From assembly GCA_964016885.1 (NCBI GenBank), contig OZ024740.1, forward strand, positions 216,814,001-216,878,000: a stretch of 64,000 nt of DNA, given 5' to 3'. The position numbers and the translations under genes are program-made. The notes beneath the pieces were generated by a model that ran no database searches, was not told the origin of the DNA, and worked only from the letters and a program-made list of their open reading frames with translations. Positions 1 through 11,624 of this stretch are shown piece by piece; the first letter of the stretch is position 1, and every line of letters begins with the position of its first letter. This stretch comes from Eledone cirrhosa (taxonomy: Eukaryota).

Positions 1-320
1 ACCGTGACTTCTGGCGTCACGCAGTAATACAGAGTACCCAACCTCCCATGGGTACATGCTGAAGCATATAAACAATATGCCCCCACACCCCCCACCGCAA
101 GGTGGTCGTGGAGGCGCCACGGCAAAAAAGCACCCAGCCCACACTGTAAATGAGGTTGGTGTTAGGAAGGGCATCCAGCTGTAGAAATCAAGCCAGATCA
201 GTTCCCGTATGAGCAAGGCATGATCAGCCGACCAGACACTGCACACAACAGGACAACCCGTCTAACCCATGCTAGCGTGGAAGAACGGACGTAAAACGGT
301 GATGATGATGATGATGATGA
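1..320 (+). mobile_element. RTE-LINE 3' end / extended 3' UTR copy (family A)
   Basis: Start aligns with the end of the RTE ORF at ~41620-41675; contains GGTTGGTGTTAGGAAGGGCATCCAGCTGTAGAAA and the tail CCCATGCTAGCGTGGAA..GGACGTAAAACG(GAT)n. Confidence 0.85.
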
Positions 321-396
321 TTATATATATGTATATATAAATATATATGTATGTGTATATATTATATATATACATATGTATATATATATATATGTA

Positions 397-440
<44 letters not shown>

Positions 441-824
441 ATGTATATATATGTATATATAAATATATATGTATGTATATATATATATGTATGTGTATAT
501 ATTATATCATCATCATCATCATCATCGTTTAACGTCCATGTTCCACCCATGCAAGCGTGGAACACGGACGCTAAACCTGATGATGATGATGATGATGATG
601 ATATATATATATAAATTCATATGTATATATATAAATTACACAATTATCAAAGTTATGTTCAAATCATTTAATTGCTGACAATCGTTTCTTCCAAACATTC
701 GTTTGGAGTCATCGGAGCATTAGCAATGTGTGTACATATAATTAACCTCCTATTCAACTGAACAATCATATAGATACAGTTGTGAACAACAGTTTCGTAT
801 TTACAGTGTGGAATGGATGCAATA

Positions 825-1160
825 TAATACAGAGTACCCGACCTCCCATGGGTACAAGCTGAAGTATATAGACAATATGCCCCACACCCCCCACCGCAAG
901 GTGGTCGTGGAGGTGCCACGGCAAAAAAGCACCCAGCCCACACTGTAAAGTGGACGTGTAGGCGCCACGAAAAAGCACCCAGCACTCACTGTAAATGAGG
1001 TTGGTGTTAGGAAGGGCATCCAGCTGTAGAAATCAAGCCAAATCAGTTCCTGTATGAGCAAGGCATGGTCAGCCGACCAGACACTGCACACAACAGGACA
1101 ACCCGTCTAACCCATGCTAGCGTGGAAGAACGGACGTAAAACGGTGATGATGATGATGAT
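825..1160 (+). mobile_element. Family A RTE 3'-derived repeat
   Basis: Near-identical to 1-320 with one extra ~41-bp internal module; (GAT)n tail. Confidence 0.85.
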
Positions 1161-1431
1161 ATATTATACGAGAGTTCTACAATAATTAAAATTAAAATTA
1201 AAAGCACCAAATGTTCTTAATTGAGCTATTTCTCTTACTGGTAAATAAGGTAGTAATAAATTACTAACCTTTCCTGTTTATAATTGTTTATAGTATATAC
1301 ATAACTATAAATAGTATCATTATGTATATATATATATAAATTTGTATGTATACATATATATACATATATGAAATGATGATGAATGATGATACATATATAC
1401 ATAAATATATATATATGTATCATCATTCATC

Positions 1432-1752
1432 ATCATTTCATTTTACGTCCGCTTTTTCCCTGCTTGCAAGGGTGAGACGGGAACTGATTCTGGCTTGATT
1501 TCTACAGCCTGATGCCCTTCCTAACACCAACCTCATTTACAGTGAGTGCTGGGTGCTTTTTTGCCGTGGCACCTCCACGACCACTTTGCAGTGGAATGAT
1601 ATGGACCTCAGTCCCTAACACCTCATTTCTACAGCTGAGTAAACTGGTGCAATGTGAAATAAAGTGTCTTGCTCAAGGAAACAACACATCACCCGGTCTG
1701 AGAATTGAACTCACAACCTTTCGATTGCAAGGCCAATGCAGTAACCACAGTA
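1432..1752 (-). mobile_element. tRNA-headed SINE (family B) sharing the family A 3' half
   Basis: On minus: B-box-like GAGTTCAATTCTC, central TTGTTTCCTTGAGCAAGACACTTTATTTCACATTGC block, GGAAGGGCATC motif, RTE-like tail. Confidence 0.8.
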
Positions 1753-1783
1753 AGTAAGGTACTGAATACATTGCAGGGTATGA

Positions 1784-1913
1784 ATATTTAATGTAGAAAT
1801 GGCTTCTACAGGACTAGAACTGTTTTATTCGGAAGAAATCATCAGGAAGCACTGATGATTTCTCCTGAATGAAACAGCTCTAGTCCTGTAGAAGCCATTT
1901 CTATATTAAATAT
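1784..1913. repeat. ~130-bp palindromic element with hammerhead-like core in each arm
   Basis: Arms are reverse complements around a 6-nt spacer; + arm reads CTGATGA(1852)-12 nt-GAAAC-agctcta-GTC; homologous copy at 19504-19621. Confidence 0.7.
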
Positions 1914-2127
1914 ATATGTATATATGTTTTAAAGATTGACAGCTGAGCTCTAACCATTTCAAGAGCTACTTCAGACTGATTCATATATACATATATATAT
2001 ATACACACACACACATATATATATTTATATATATACACATGCACACACACATATATATGTATCCATATATTCATATATATATGTATGCATGTGTGTGTAT
2101 ATATATATATATATCTTTTGTTGGATC

Positions 2128-2219
2128 ACCAGTCTGAAGAGCAGATAGTTACTGAAGTCAGGTCCATGACTCCTATGGGTTACCTTGAGCCAATCATCTA
2201 TAAAACGCGCGTAACAGGT
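2128..2219 (+). ncRNA. Type I hammerhead ribozyme remnant, long-stem-II subfamily (GAAA decayed to AAAA)
   Basis: accagt-CTGAAGA(2134)-61 nt-AAAA-cgcgcg-TA-acaggt; stem I 5/6 bp, palindromic stem III. Confidence 0.65.
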
Positions 2220-2283
2220 CAATACGCGCAGTAAATATTTTTCATATGTAAACGAAACTTCCTCGTTTTTACTGTATATATAT

Positions 2284-2891
2284 GTCAGGTCACCAATTGG
2301 TGCTACTGGTAACATGGATCCCAGTACAACCTGTCTCATGGTCGGGTCGTTGGCGACTAAACTGGCAACCCCACCAAGGTTTCTTGTTGAGGAGGGTGAC
2401 TTTGGACATCCTGCAGGACTAAAAACAAAACCTGTCAAAGGGCAAAGGAGCTCTTAAGAGTCAATGGCCATCCAAAATCGCCGGGAGAGATGACCCCTTA
2501 GCCTTTGTCAAGGCAGAATTCTAGGAGAAGGAAAACTCTGATATAACACCTGCAACCCTGATGGTATCCAATGATGTTGACTTGTTCTTCTTTTTGGTAA
2601 ATATCATCTTGGTTAAGAGAGTGGGACTGGCTTTGTGCAGTGCCTTTGCTCACTATAAAAGCTTCATGGCACAGGCATTGCTTTATATCTGGAGATCTCT
2701 CTGCACTTGTCGTCACATGGTACCATGGGCCCAGCGCTATGTGTCAATAATTGTCACAAGTGTAGTGTTTGTACCAGAGTTTTCAAGTCGCTGGCTGGAC
2801 TAAAAAGTCACACTCGTTCAGCGCATCGGTAGGAGTTCTCCTACATGGATATAAAGTAGTGGCCGTACTCGAAAACGAGTTGGCAGCCACC
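2284..2891 (+). mobile_element. Bipartite non-autonomous RTE-type retroelement (copy 1)
   Basis: RTE 5'-UTR-like motif CTAGGAGAAGGAAAACTCTGA; 3' part encodes C2H2 finger CSVCTRVFKSLAGLKSHTRSAHR* (2761-2832), then a hairpin tail CTCG-aaaa-CGAG; second copy with the same ends at 58380-58958; both flanked by TA repeats. Confidence 0.75.
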
Positions 2892-2956
2892 ATATATATA
2901 TATAACCCATGCTAGCGTGGAAAATGGACGTTAAACAAAGATGATGATGATGATAT

Positions 2957-3045
2957 ATAACGGAAGAGTTGTGGTAAGGAACCAGATGGACCATAACGCA
3001 CCAGAGTACTCAATACTGAGGGTAGTAGAGTGGGTAATAGGTCCT
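2957..3045. repeat. Short dispersed repeat abutting (TA)n (family F, probable PLE terminus)
   Basis: TGTGGTAAGGAACCAGATGGACCATAACGCACCAGAGTACTCAATAC recurs at 42114-42183 and inverted at 49665-49750 with the same end at a TA run. Confidence 0.7.
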
Positions 3046-3065
3046 ATATATATATATATATATAT

Positions 3066-3413
3066 ATGTAGGAGGTGAGTTTTATTGTAGTACAATAAGG
3101 CAATGCAGATATCGGATAAGTAGCACTCTACAGTTTGTAGGACTGGAGTATAAATAATATATAAGATCAAAAGATGGTTAAAAAAGTTCCATGTATTTTA
3201 TTATGCGCATTTCAAAAACAAATATCATCATGCAATAACATTTGATATGTTGATTTAAAACTGCACTATTCACAAGGGTTTTTTAACCTTCATATCATGT
3301 CTCCCTATTTTATATGACGAAAACGCAAATGTTATTGCATGATGATATTTGTTTTTGAAATGCGCATAATAAAATACATGGAACACTTTTAACCATCTTT
3401 TGATCTTATATAT
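3066..3413. mobile_element. PLE-type terminal fragment with ~88-bp inverted arms (3157-3244 / 3326-3413)
   Basis: Arms carry a degenerate hammerhead (atgatga..GAAA-tgcgca-TA); left flank GCACTCTACAG..TGGAGTATA resembles 24660-24682 and 54166-54192. Confidence 0.6.
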
Positions 3414-3919
3414 ATATATATATACACACACTCACATATATATTTATATATATATATATACATATATATGAACATATGGATATGTGTAATATACACACAC
3501 ATATACATATATATGTACACACACACACACATATATATATATAAACAACTATATATGGTTCCAGCTCGCTGTACAAGTGAACAAAATAGAGCACTTAACA
3601 CATGTCGTGAAGGTTAAATATTTGTATTAACAGTTTGACTCAGGTTTGCATTTTCGCATCCCAACAATCTGACTGACTATATGCTATTGTGCAACTTTTC
3701 ATATGTATTTGAGTTAAAATTACACAAAATAATATATTAGCAGCCCTACCCAGTGTTGCCCAGTTGTTGTATCATTGTATCTGTAGATATTTTTTTTTGT
3801 TATTCTGAAACATATTAATTTGTAGCAATGTTTTATGGTGTTCTTTATGCAGGGACTGGTTTAAAAAAACTCAGTAGCATCCATACAATTACAGGTAATT
3901 ACTGATATATGTGGGTGTG

Positions 3920-3951
<32 letters not shown>

Positions 3952-4318
3952 ATCATCATCATCATCATCACCGTTTTACGTCCGTTCTTCCATGCTAGCA
4001 TGGGTTAGACGGGTTGTCCTGTTGTGGGCAGTGTCCGGTCGGCTGACCTTGTCTTGCTTATACGGGAACTGAATCTGGCTTGGTTTCTACAGCTGGATGC
4101 CCTTCCTAACACCAACCTCATTTACAGTGAGTGCTGGGTGCTTTTTTCCCTGGCGCCTACACGTCCACTTTACAGTGTGGGCTGGGTGCTTTTTTGCCGT
4201 GGCACCTCCACGACCACATTGCAGTGGGAGGGTGTGGGGGCATATTGTCTATATGCTTCAGCTTGTACCCATGGGAGGTCGGGTACTCTGTATTACTGCG
4301 TGCCACCAGAGGTCACGA
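3952..4318 (-). mobile_element. Family A RTE 3'-derived repeat
   Basis: Reverse complement of 1-320 / 825-1160. Confidence 0.85.
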
Positions 4319-4671
4319 TATATATAAAGAGAGAGAGATATTAATTTAACTGAAGCCAAGCAATTTCAGCCTGTGTGTTCAGCAACCCTTTTTATGAGGG
4401 TTACTCTCTATACCCACTCTGCATTTCCTCATGCATAGAGTACTCCCATGATTTGTTGTCTCCCCGGTCTCAGCACAGCATACCTTTTGTCTCTCTCTCT
4501 CTGCATATATATATATATGCACCCATATATATTAACTTTATCTTGTCAGTGCTTTGTACAGATCTCAGAGATCAGCTCCGTATACATGATATTTGTTGAC
4601 ATTTAAAAGTTGTGATTCAGCTATGTATTTTAAGACAGTAAGAATTGTCATGGTCTGGCTTAATGGTTTAA

Positions 4672-4897
4672 CCCGTTAATGTTCAAACCGGCCAAAACTG
4701 GCCAGAATTCTCTACCTCTACCTCTTTCTGTTGAAACTGGCTGTAACTAGCCACTCATACTGATGTTAAGGTATTGTTCTCAAAATAAATACTTTCAAAA
4801 TCTCATAGATTCGATATTATGTGAGATATTTATGCGAGGTAAAGCCTTTACTATGAAAATATAATAGTTTATACAGAATAATGTGAATGCTAAAGGG
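4672..4897. mobile_element. piggyBac-like MITE
   Basis: TTAA|CCCG...AAAGGG|TTAA; inverted homologue of 20944-21151. Confidence 0.7.
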
Positions 4898-5067
4898 TTA
4901 AAGTTCCTAACTGGTATCTGGGAGATATGGATTTTTGATTTCTCATAGCAACCGACAGTAACATCTTTGTCCATCTTTAAGGGTCTTCCTCCTATTTTAT
5001 AAGCTATCTTATAGCATCTCCTCTTATATGCACACTGTGTTAAGTTATGTTGCTATCACAAAACACT

Positions 5068-5286
5068 CGGCCCACACTGTAAAGTGGTCGTGTAGGAGAC
5101 ACGGCAAAAAGCACCCAGCACACACTAAATGTGTTTGGCATTAGGAAGGGCAAGCAGCTGTAGAAATCAAGCCAGAAACAGTCCTTTATGAACAAGACAT
5201 GGTCACATGACCCACTTTTCCTCTAATGGGACAAACCTGTCTAACCCATGCTAGCAGGGAAAATAGACATTGAACGATGATGATGA
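5068..5286 (+). mobile_element. Family A repeat, diverged
   Basis: 41-bp module, AGGAAGGGCA motif and (GAT)n tail. Confidence 0.7.
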
Positions 5287-5795
5287 TATATGAATATATA
5301 TATTTTTTTTTTGTATTTTTTCTTTTAAAGAATTTTCTAACATTATAATATGTTCGTTTGAGGGCCCAGTTCATGTTTACTTGTGTGCCCAGTTTCTGTT
5401 CACTTGAGTGCTCAGTTCAATTTTATGTCCTGTTACGTTAAATATTAACCATTTTCTCAAGGTAACAATTATGTATCTACTCAAACTATGGATGAAACGT
5501 TTGTTAATTAATTAAAATCAAATATAATTAACCATTTTGCTCTGTTATATTATCATTATATATATATATGTGTGTGTGTGGTGTGTGTGTGTGTGTATTT
5601 ATATCATAATGATAATTAGGATGATAATAATAGAAATGGTAATAATAGTTATAATAATTATAATATTTTAACAGTGTTAGTTTAAAGAAATATTTTCAGG
5701 TGAAAATAACATAAGTTAATGAATACATTTGATACAGAACCTGAAGTGGGTGTGTGGGTGGGTGAACGTAAGTAGGATGTGATATGAAGAGGAGT

Positions 5796-5839
<44 letters not shown>

Positions 5840-6258
5840 CATATATACACGGAGAGAGAGAATGTAAGTGTATAAATAAATATAAAGGTGTGCTTATTGA
5901 CTAACATCGCAATGTGAGATTTATTTGTTCAGGTGGTGCTTGGCAAACATGCAACAAAACTAAACTTCTCTTGTGTGTGTGTTTGTAATATCCTGTATAC
6001 ATTTTTGTATATGTGTGTGTATATATATATATGTGTGTGTGTGTGTGTATTTAATTTGTATGCATGTGTGGGGGTACATGGTTTTATTTAAGCTATTTAA
6101 AGGATGAACTTTCATGGGTTAAAATGCAGTTGTTTTAACATTATTTCAGTTTATGCAAGGTACAATACTCTTTATCTCTCTACTATTTCTACTGTCTTCT
6201 TGTATAATTATCTATGGAAAGAGCATCTGTCTAATTTGCTATATATAAGATATATATA

Positions 6259-6342
<84 letters not shown>

Positions 6343-8099
6343 GAGAGAGAGAGTACTCTTCAGTCACATCAAGGGTATGACAACCTCCTTAGTTTTTGTG
6401 CTATAATAAAATGCATACAGTTTAGTCTGTAAACTGGTTGGTGTTAGGAAAGGGTACCTTGCCATAGGAACCATACCGAGAAAATTAATGTATTGTGTGA
6501 GATGTAGTACTTTGAACCATCTAGGTGGACATAGTTTCAATTAGGTACTGTGTTGATCTGACCAACTCATACCAGCATGGAAATGTGGATGTAAAAATCA
6601 TAATGATTATGATGAATGTATATATAATTGTGTGTAACGGATATGGATTGTAATAAGTGAATCATTTATTAAATAATGTTTTATTTATTTACTTTTCTTT
6701 ACTTTCTATACTTAAATGCTGAAACTGTTTTAACAATTTTTGTCAGGTATATTTAAAGTTTTTGGTTGTTGTGGAAGAAGATGATAAACATGACAAATAC
6801 CAACAATTCTGATTGAATATATAACTTTACTTTACTTCAGCAAAAAGGAAAAAAATATGATTACTTCGAATCATAAATATAAAGTTTGATTTATAGTATT
6901 CACAAATGAGTATAGTGTTGTGCTGGAGAATCTTTGTTGAATGTACTACATGTGATTAAAAGGTGACAAGTTGTAGTCAGATAGTATTACCCCAGCAGAG
7001 GTTGTAGTAAGCAGTGGCAAGGGAACTGTGTTGTCTTTATGAAGAGGCAGATGACTCTGTGTGGTTCAAGTGCCGATGGAAGAATTGCTGTCGAACCCTT
7101 ATCAAGAGGGTCATAGCGTTTTGCTAAGAGCTACATCTCGCCACTTGCTTGAGCAGCTCAAATTGATGCCGTTCTTCCGAGGAACCAGGGTCAAATGACG
7201 CAAAAGAAAATTTATCTCACTTCACTTCAAGCTGGCCAGCCTCTCCAGACTACTGACACCAACCGAGATAAAGAGAAATAGTAGCCAGATGTCATTCAGG
7301 GTTGAGTGTATGCAAAGAGATTTTGTTACATATTCATGTCTTTAATTTTACTCTTCTTAATGAAGATGGTGGATATGACTAGTCAAAGCATTATGAAGGC
7401 AATCCATCGATGACAGTGGCCACTCCAAAACAAAATCAGTACACACCAAGGTATTCCCAATAAAACTTACCTTTGTGCCTGTGGCAGAGAGAGAGAGAGT
7501 GTGTGTGTGTGATTATGTGTTTGGCTCTTATCAACAAACTGGAAGTAATGCAGTAGATTTATATGAGTAAGAATTCTTACATTGAATGTGAATTAGTGAG
7601 AATGTTGTGCTATTACTATTTAGTTAAGGGATATAATTATGTACTCTTGGATAATTCTCACTCACATTCTCCTCTCAAATTTTAGCATTGAAATGTTTCT
7701 TCTGAAATCTTTTGTTACCAAGTGTTACCTTTGACTCCAAACTCTCTTGATATGTACTTCAATATTATTGTATTGTTTGTCTTGTTATAACTCATTACCA
7801 TCAAGTGTTAGGTTTTAGGTTTTAACTATTAACTAAGTGTATTAGTTGTACAGTGAATTTGTTAAATTACCTCAATGGAATATAGTAGTAAAATGTCTTT
7901 CTTCTTCACAGCAAATGTTTTATATAAATAAACATCTGTAGAATTTACCATAAATTCATTTTAGTGAGGGTACATGGCCTAGTGGGTAGGGTGCTGCACT
8001 CTTTAATTTCTGGAGAGTCCAATGTGTTGTCCCTGTGTAAGAGAGTTCATTTCATGTTGCTCTAGTCAAAAGGTAATAATAATAATAATTGTTTTTATA

Positions 8100-8262
8100 T
8101 TTTTCTACCCTTGCAGGGGTTGGATGGGTCCTTTTCAGCATGGCATCTGGCCACTAATTGTGTTTCTTTGTCCTCTGTGAGTCTCACTGATTTCAGGTCA
8201 GCTCTCACAACCTCAGCCCAAGTCTTTCTTGGTCTACCTCTACGGCGGCTTCCTTCCACTGG
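8100..8262 (-). mobile_element. RTE LINE 3' fragment with short (canonical) tail
   Basis: Minus strand translates PVEGSRRRGRPRKTWAEVVRADLKSVRLTED, followed closely by CCAACCCCTGCAAGGGTAGAAAA. Confidence 0.75.
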
Positions 8263-8270
8263 GAATATTG

Positions 8271-8465
8271 ATAATAATTGTTTCTACTTTTGGCACAAGG
8301 CCAGTAATTACCCCAGTGCATTACTGGTGCTTTATTTTATCAACCCCATAAGGATGACAGGCAAAGTTAACCTTGACAGGATTTGAACTCAGACCGTAAA
8401 GGGCTGTAACTCTATGCTGCAAAGCATGGCATCCGACCCTCTACCGATACTGCCAATCCACAACC
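8271..8465 (-). mobile_element. tRNA-derived SINE (family C)
   Basis: Reverse complement of 10713-10908: GAGTTCAAATCC B box, TTTGCC..TCATCCTTA..GGG..GATAAAATAAAG central block, (ATT)n tail. Confidence 0.85.
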
Positions 8466-8894
8466 TGATCCACAATCATGATCATAATAATGTGTGCATT
8501 AATATGAAAACAATATATGTGCTTTTTGAAAGTAATTAAGAATGTAAAAGGATTCAGTTATATAACTTTCTCATAGCTAAGCTGGTGTTTAAAAATTATG
8601 ATGGAAGGTATTTAGATAAATATAAACACTGCAAAAATTGTTTTCCATTGTAGAAGTACAGCCAGTTTGTTATCAAAAGGATTAAAGTATTTATCTGAAA
8701 TTTTCCCATCATAATTTTATATAAGAACATTGTTAAGTTATGTTCCAGCTACCAGCTTAATAATGAGAAAGATAGTTTGTATTATTAAATCCCTCAAGAT
8801 TCTTGATTATTTTCAAGATTATTTGAAAACCACATGCAGTGTCTTTCATTAGAAATATAGTAATGGAATGGTTAACAAGTTGAATAAATGCATT

Positions 8895-9180
8895 TATACA
8901 ATTCTCAGACCAGGTGATGTGTTGTTTCCTTGAGCAAGACACTTTATTTCACATTGCTCCAGTTTACTCAGCTGTAGAAATGAGATGATAGGAATGGGGT
9001 CCCTATCATTCCACTGCAAAGTGGTCATATAGGCGCCACAGAAGAAAAGCACCAAGCACTCACTGTAAATGAGGTTGGTGTTAGGAAGGGCATCCAGCTG
9101 TATAAATCAAGCCAGAATCAGTTCCCGTCCCACCCTTGCAAGCAGGGAAAAGCGGACGTAAATTGATGATGATGATGATA
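8895..9180 (+). mobile_element. SINE family B
   Basis: Same body and tail as 1432-1752 and 57291-57590. Confidence 0.8.
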
Positions 9181-10511
9181 CTTTATCTTAGACATAATTT
9201 CTAACAGGCACATGGCCAAAAATTTGGAAAGGGAGCAGTTGATGGTATTGACTTCAGCGCTTGATTGATTCTTTATTTTATCAACTCCCCAGAAAAATAA
9301 ATGGTAATGATGACATCAGTGGGATTTAAACACAGAAAATAAACAACTGGAACAAATAGCACAATGCATTTTGTCTCATGTTGTAGCAATTCTGTCAATA
9401 CACCACACTAATTTAGTTTCTATATTGAGACAACATAGTTGTGAAAATAATGTTGATCTCAGCAGGGACCAATCTCTACGAGACATTCTATCCAAAGCTA
9501 TGAAGGAGGATTCTGCCAATTTATTGTCCTCCTTTAGTTTAAGACACCATAGTTTTAATATTAAACTCAGTTTTATCTTTGCTAAATTCTATAATAATCT
9601 TGAAGGACATATTTGTATATTATTTTACTCTTTTACTAGTTGTAGTAAGATTTCTACTAAATTCCACTCAAAAGGCATTGGTCAACCCAAGGGTATAGTA
9701 GAGGACACTTGCCCAAGGTACCATGCATTGGGATTCTACCCAGAACCTCATGGTTGCAAAGTGAACTCCTTAACTGCACCGCCATGTTTACTATATATCC
9801 TCGAATATAAGCACACGCACCCCACCCCACCCCCGCCACTCTGTATTTTATGTGTGAGAAATCCAAACCCTTTTTATGAGTTGAGACAGCTAATCAACAC
9901 ATTGTTTAGATGGCATATATAGTGTATATGATCTGACTGGATATATATATATAAGGTTATAGGAAGGGCTTCCAGCTGTAGAAAGCTTGCCAAACAAAGG
10001 GTTGTGAAGACACTTTGTTGTGTCAAACTTCTCCTGTACACTGTGTAGAATGTGAGACTGTACATAAGTGAGATGAAAAATTCCTGACTTGTCTGGGAGA
10101 TCAGTAGCCCCACTTCAGTATTGACTTGGTCTATGTAGCTCTAGCCAACCCTTGCTAGCAGGGAACATAGGGGAGATGACACATTCCTGGCTTGTGCCTA
10201 TAGTAGAAATCATCATTATTATTTCTGGAGAGTCCAATGTGTTGTCCCTGTGTAAGAGAGTTCATTTCATGTTGCTCTAGTCAAAAGGTAATAGTCAGTA
10301 GAGTGTTGGACAACATGCTTTGTGGCATAGAGTTATGGCCTTTTATGTTCTGAGTTCAAATCCTGCCAAGGTTAACTTTACCTTTCATCCTTACAGGGTC
10401 TATAAAATAAGGTGCCAGCCACACGCTGGTGTCGATATAATCAACTTTCTCCCTCCCCCAAATATTGTTGGCTGGCCTTCTGCCGAAATCAGAAAGCATT
10501 ATTATTATTAT

Positions 10512-10697
10512 TTATAATAGTTGTTTCTACTTTTGGCACAAGGCCAGCAATTATACAGTGTATTACTGGTACTTTATTTTATCGACCCCGTAAGGACGAA
10601 AGGCAAAGATAACCTCGGCGGGATTTGAACTCAGAATGGCAAGAGCCGTAACTCTTTCCTGCAAAGCATGGCGTCAGACCCTCTACCGATACTGCCA
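10512..10697 (-). mobile_element. SINE family C
   Basis: Reverse complement of the adjacent 10713-10908 copy. Confidence 0.85.
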
Positions 10698-10712
10698 TTA
10701 TTATTTATAAAT

Positions 10713-10908
10713 AGGGCAGTGAATTGGCAGTATCGGTAGAGGGTCAGACGCCTTGCTTTGATGCATAGAGTTACGGCCCTTGCCATTCTAAGTTCAAATC
10801 CCGCCGAGGTTAACTTTGCCTTTCATCTTTACGGGGTCGATAAAATAAAGTACCAGTAATGTACTGGTAATTGCTGGCCTTGTGCCAATAGTAGAAACAA
10901 TTATTATT
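10713..10908 (+). mobile_element. SINE family C, full length
   Basis: TGGCAGTATCGG A-box-like, GTTCAAATCC B box, central AACTTTGCCTTTCATC..CGGGGTCGATAAAATAAAGTACCAGT, ATT tail. Confidence 0.85.
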
Positions 10909-11091
10909 TATAATAATATCAATTCTTATGGACGTAAAACGGTGATGATGATGATGGCTGATTCTTAACAAAACTTCATTGTTTCTAATGTTTTCATCTT
11001 TGTGAGGTGATTTGACATAAATAGCAGGATATTGATCTTTTCAACTAGAACTCTGTGTGTGTGTATATATATATATATATATAAATATATG

Positions 11092-11186
<95 letters not shown>

Positions 11187-11624
11187 ATTATATATGTGTA
11201 TGTATATGTGTGTGTGTATTATATATGTGTATGTATATGTGTGTGTGTTTATGTATATATATGTGTGTTTGTGTATGTATATGTATATATATATGTATAT
11301 ATATATGTTTGTATATGTATATGTGTTTGTGTGTGTGTATACGTATATATATATATGTGTGTGTGTGTATATATATATGTGTGTGTATATATGTGTGTGT
11401 ATATATATCTACACGTGTGTGTGTGCGTGTGCATACATGTGAGAGACAGAGGTGGAAAGAGGCATATGATTTCAAAAATAATATAAAAGTAGAAAAGGAA
11501 ATGGAAGAAAGCAATTTTAAGTTTCTTCTCATTTGTAATTTGACTAAATGAGACTTTGTTAAATGAAATTAGAGATAAGTATATATTAATCTGTGTTGTT
11601 GGTTGAGGGGGGTTTATGTTATCA

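Noticed and set aside
2300-2400. Twister ribozyme in the RTE leader (GGAGGG, UAAC present)
   Set aside because: Could not place P1, P2, P4 and both pseudoknots in the required order
9371-9922. 183-aa ORF
   Set aside because: No recognisable motif; spans decayed repeat fragments
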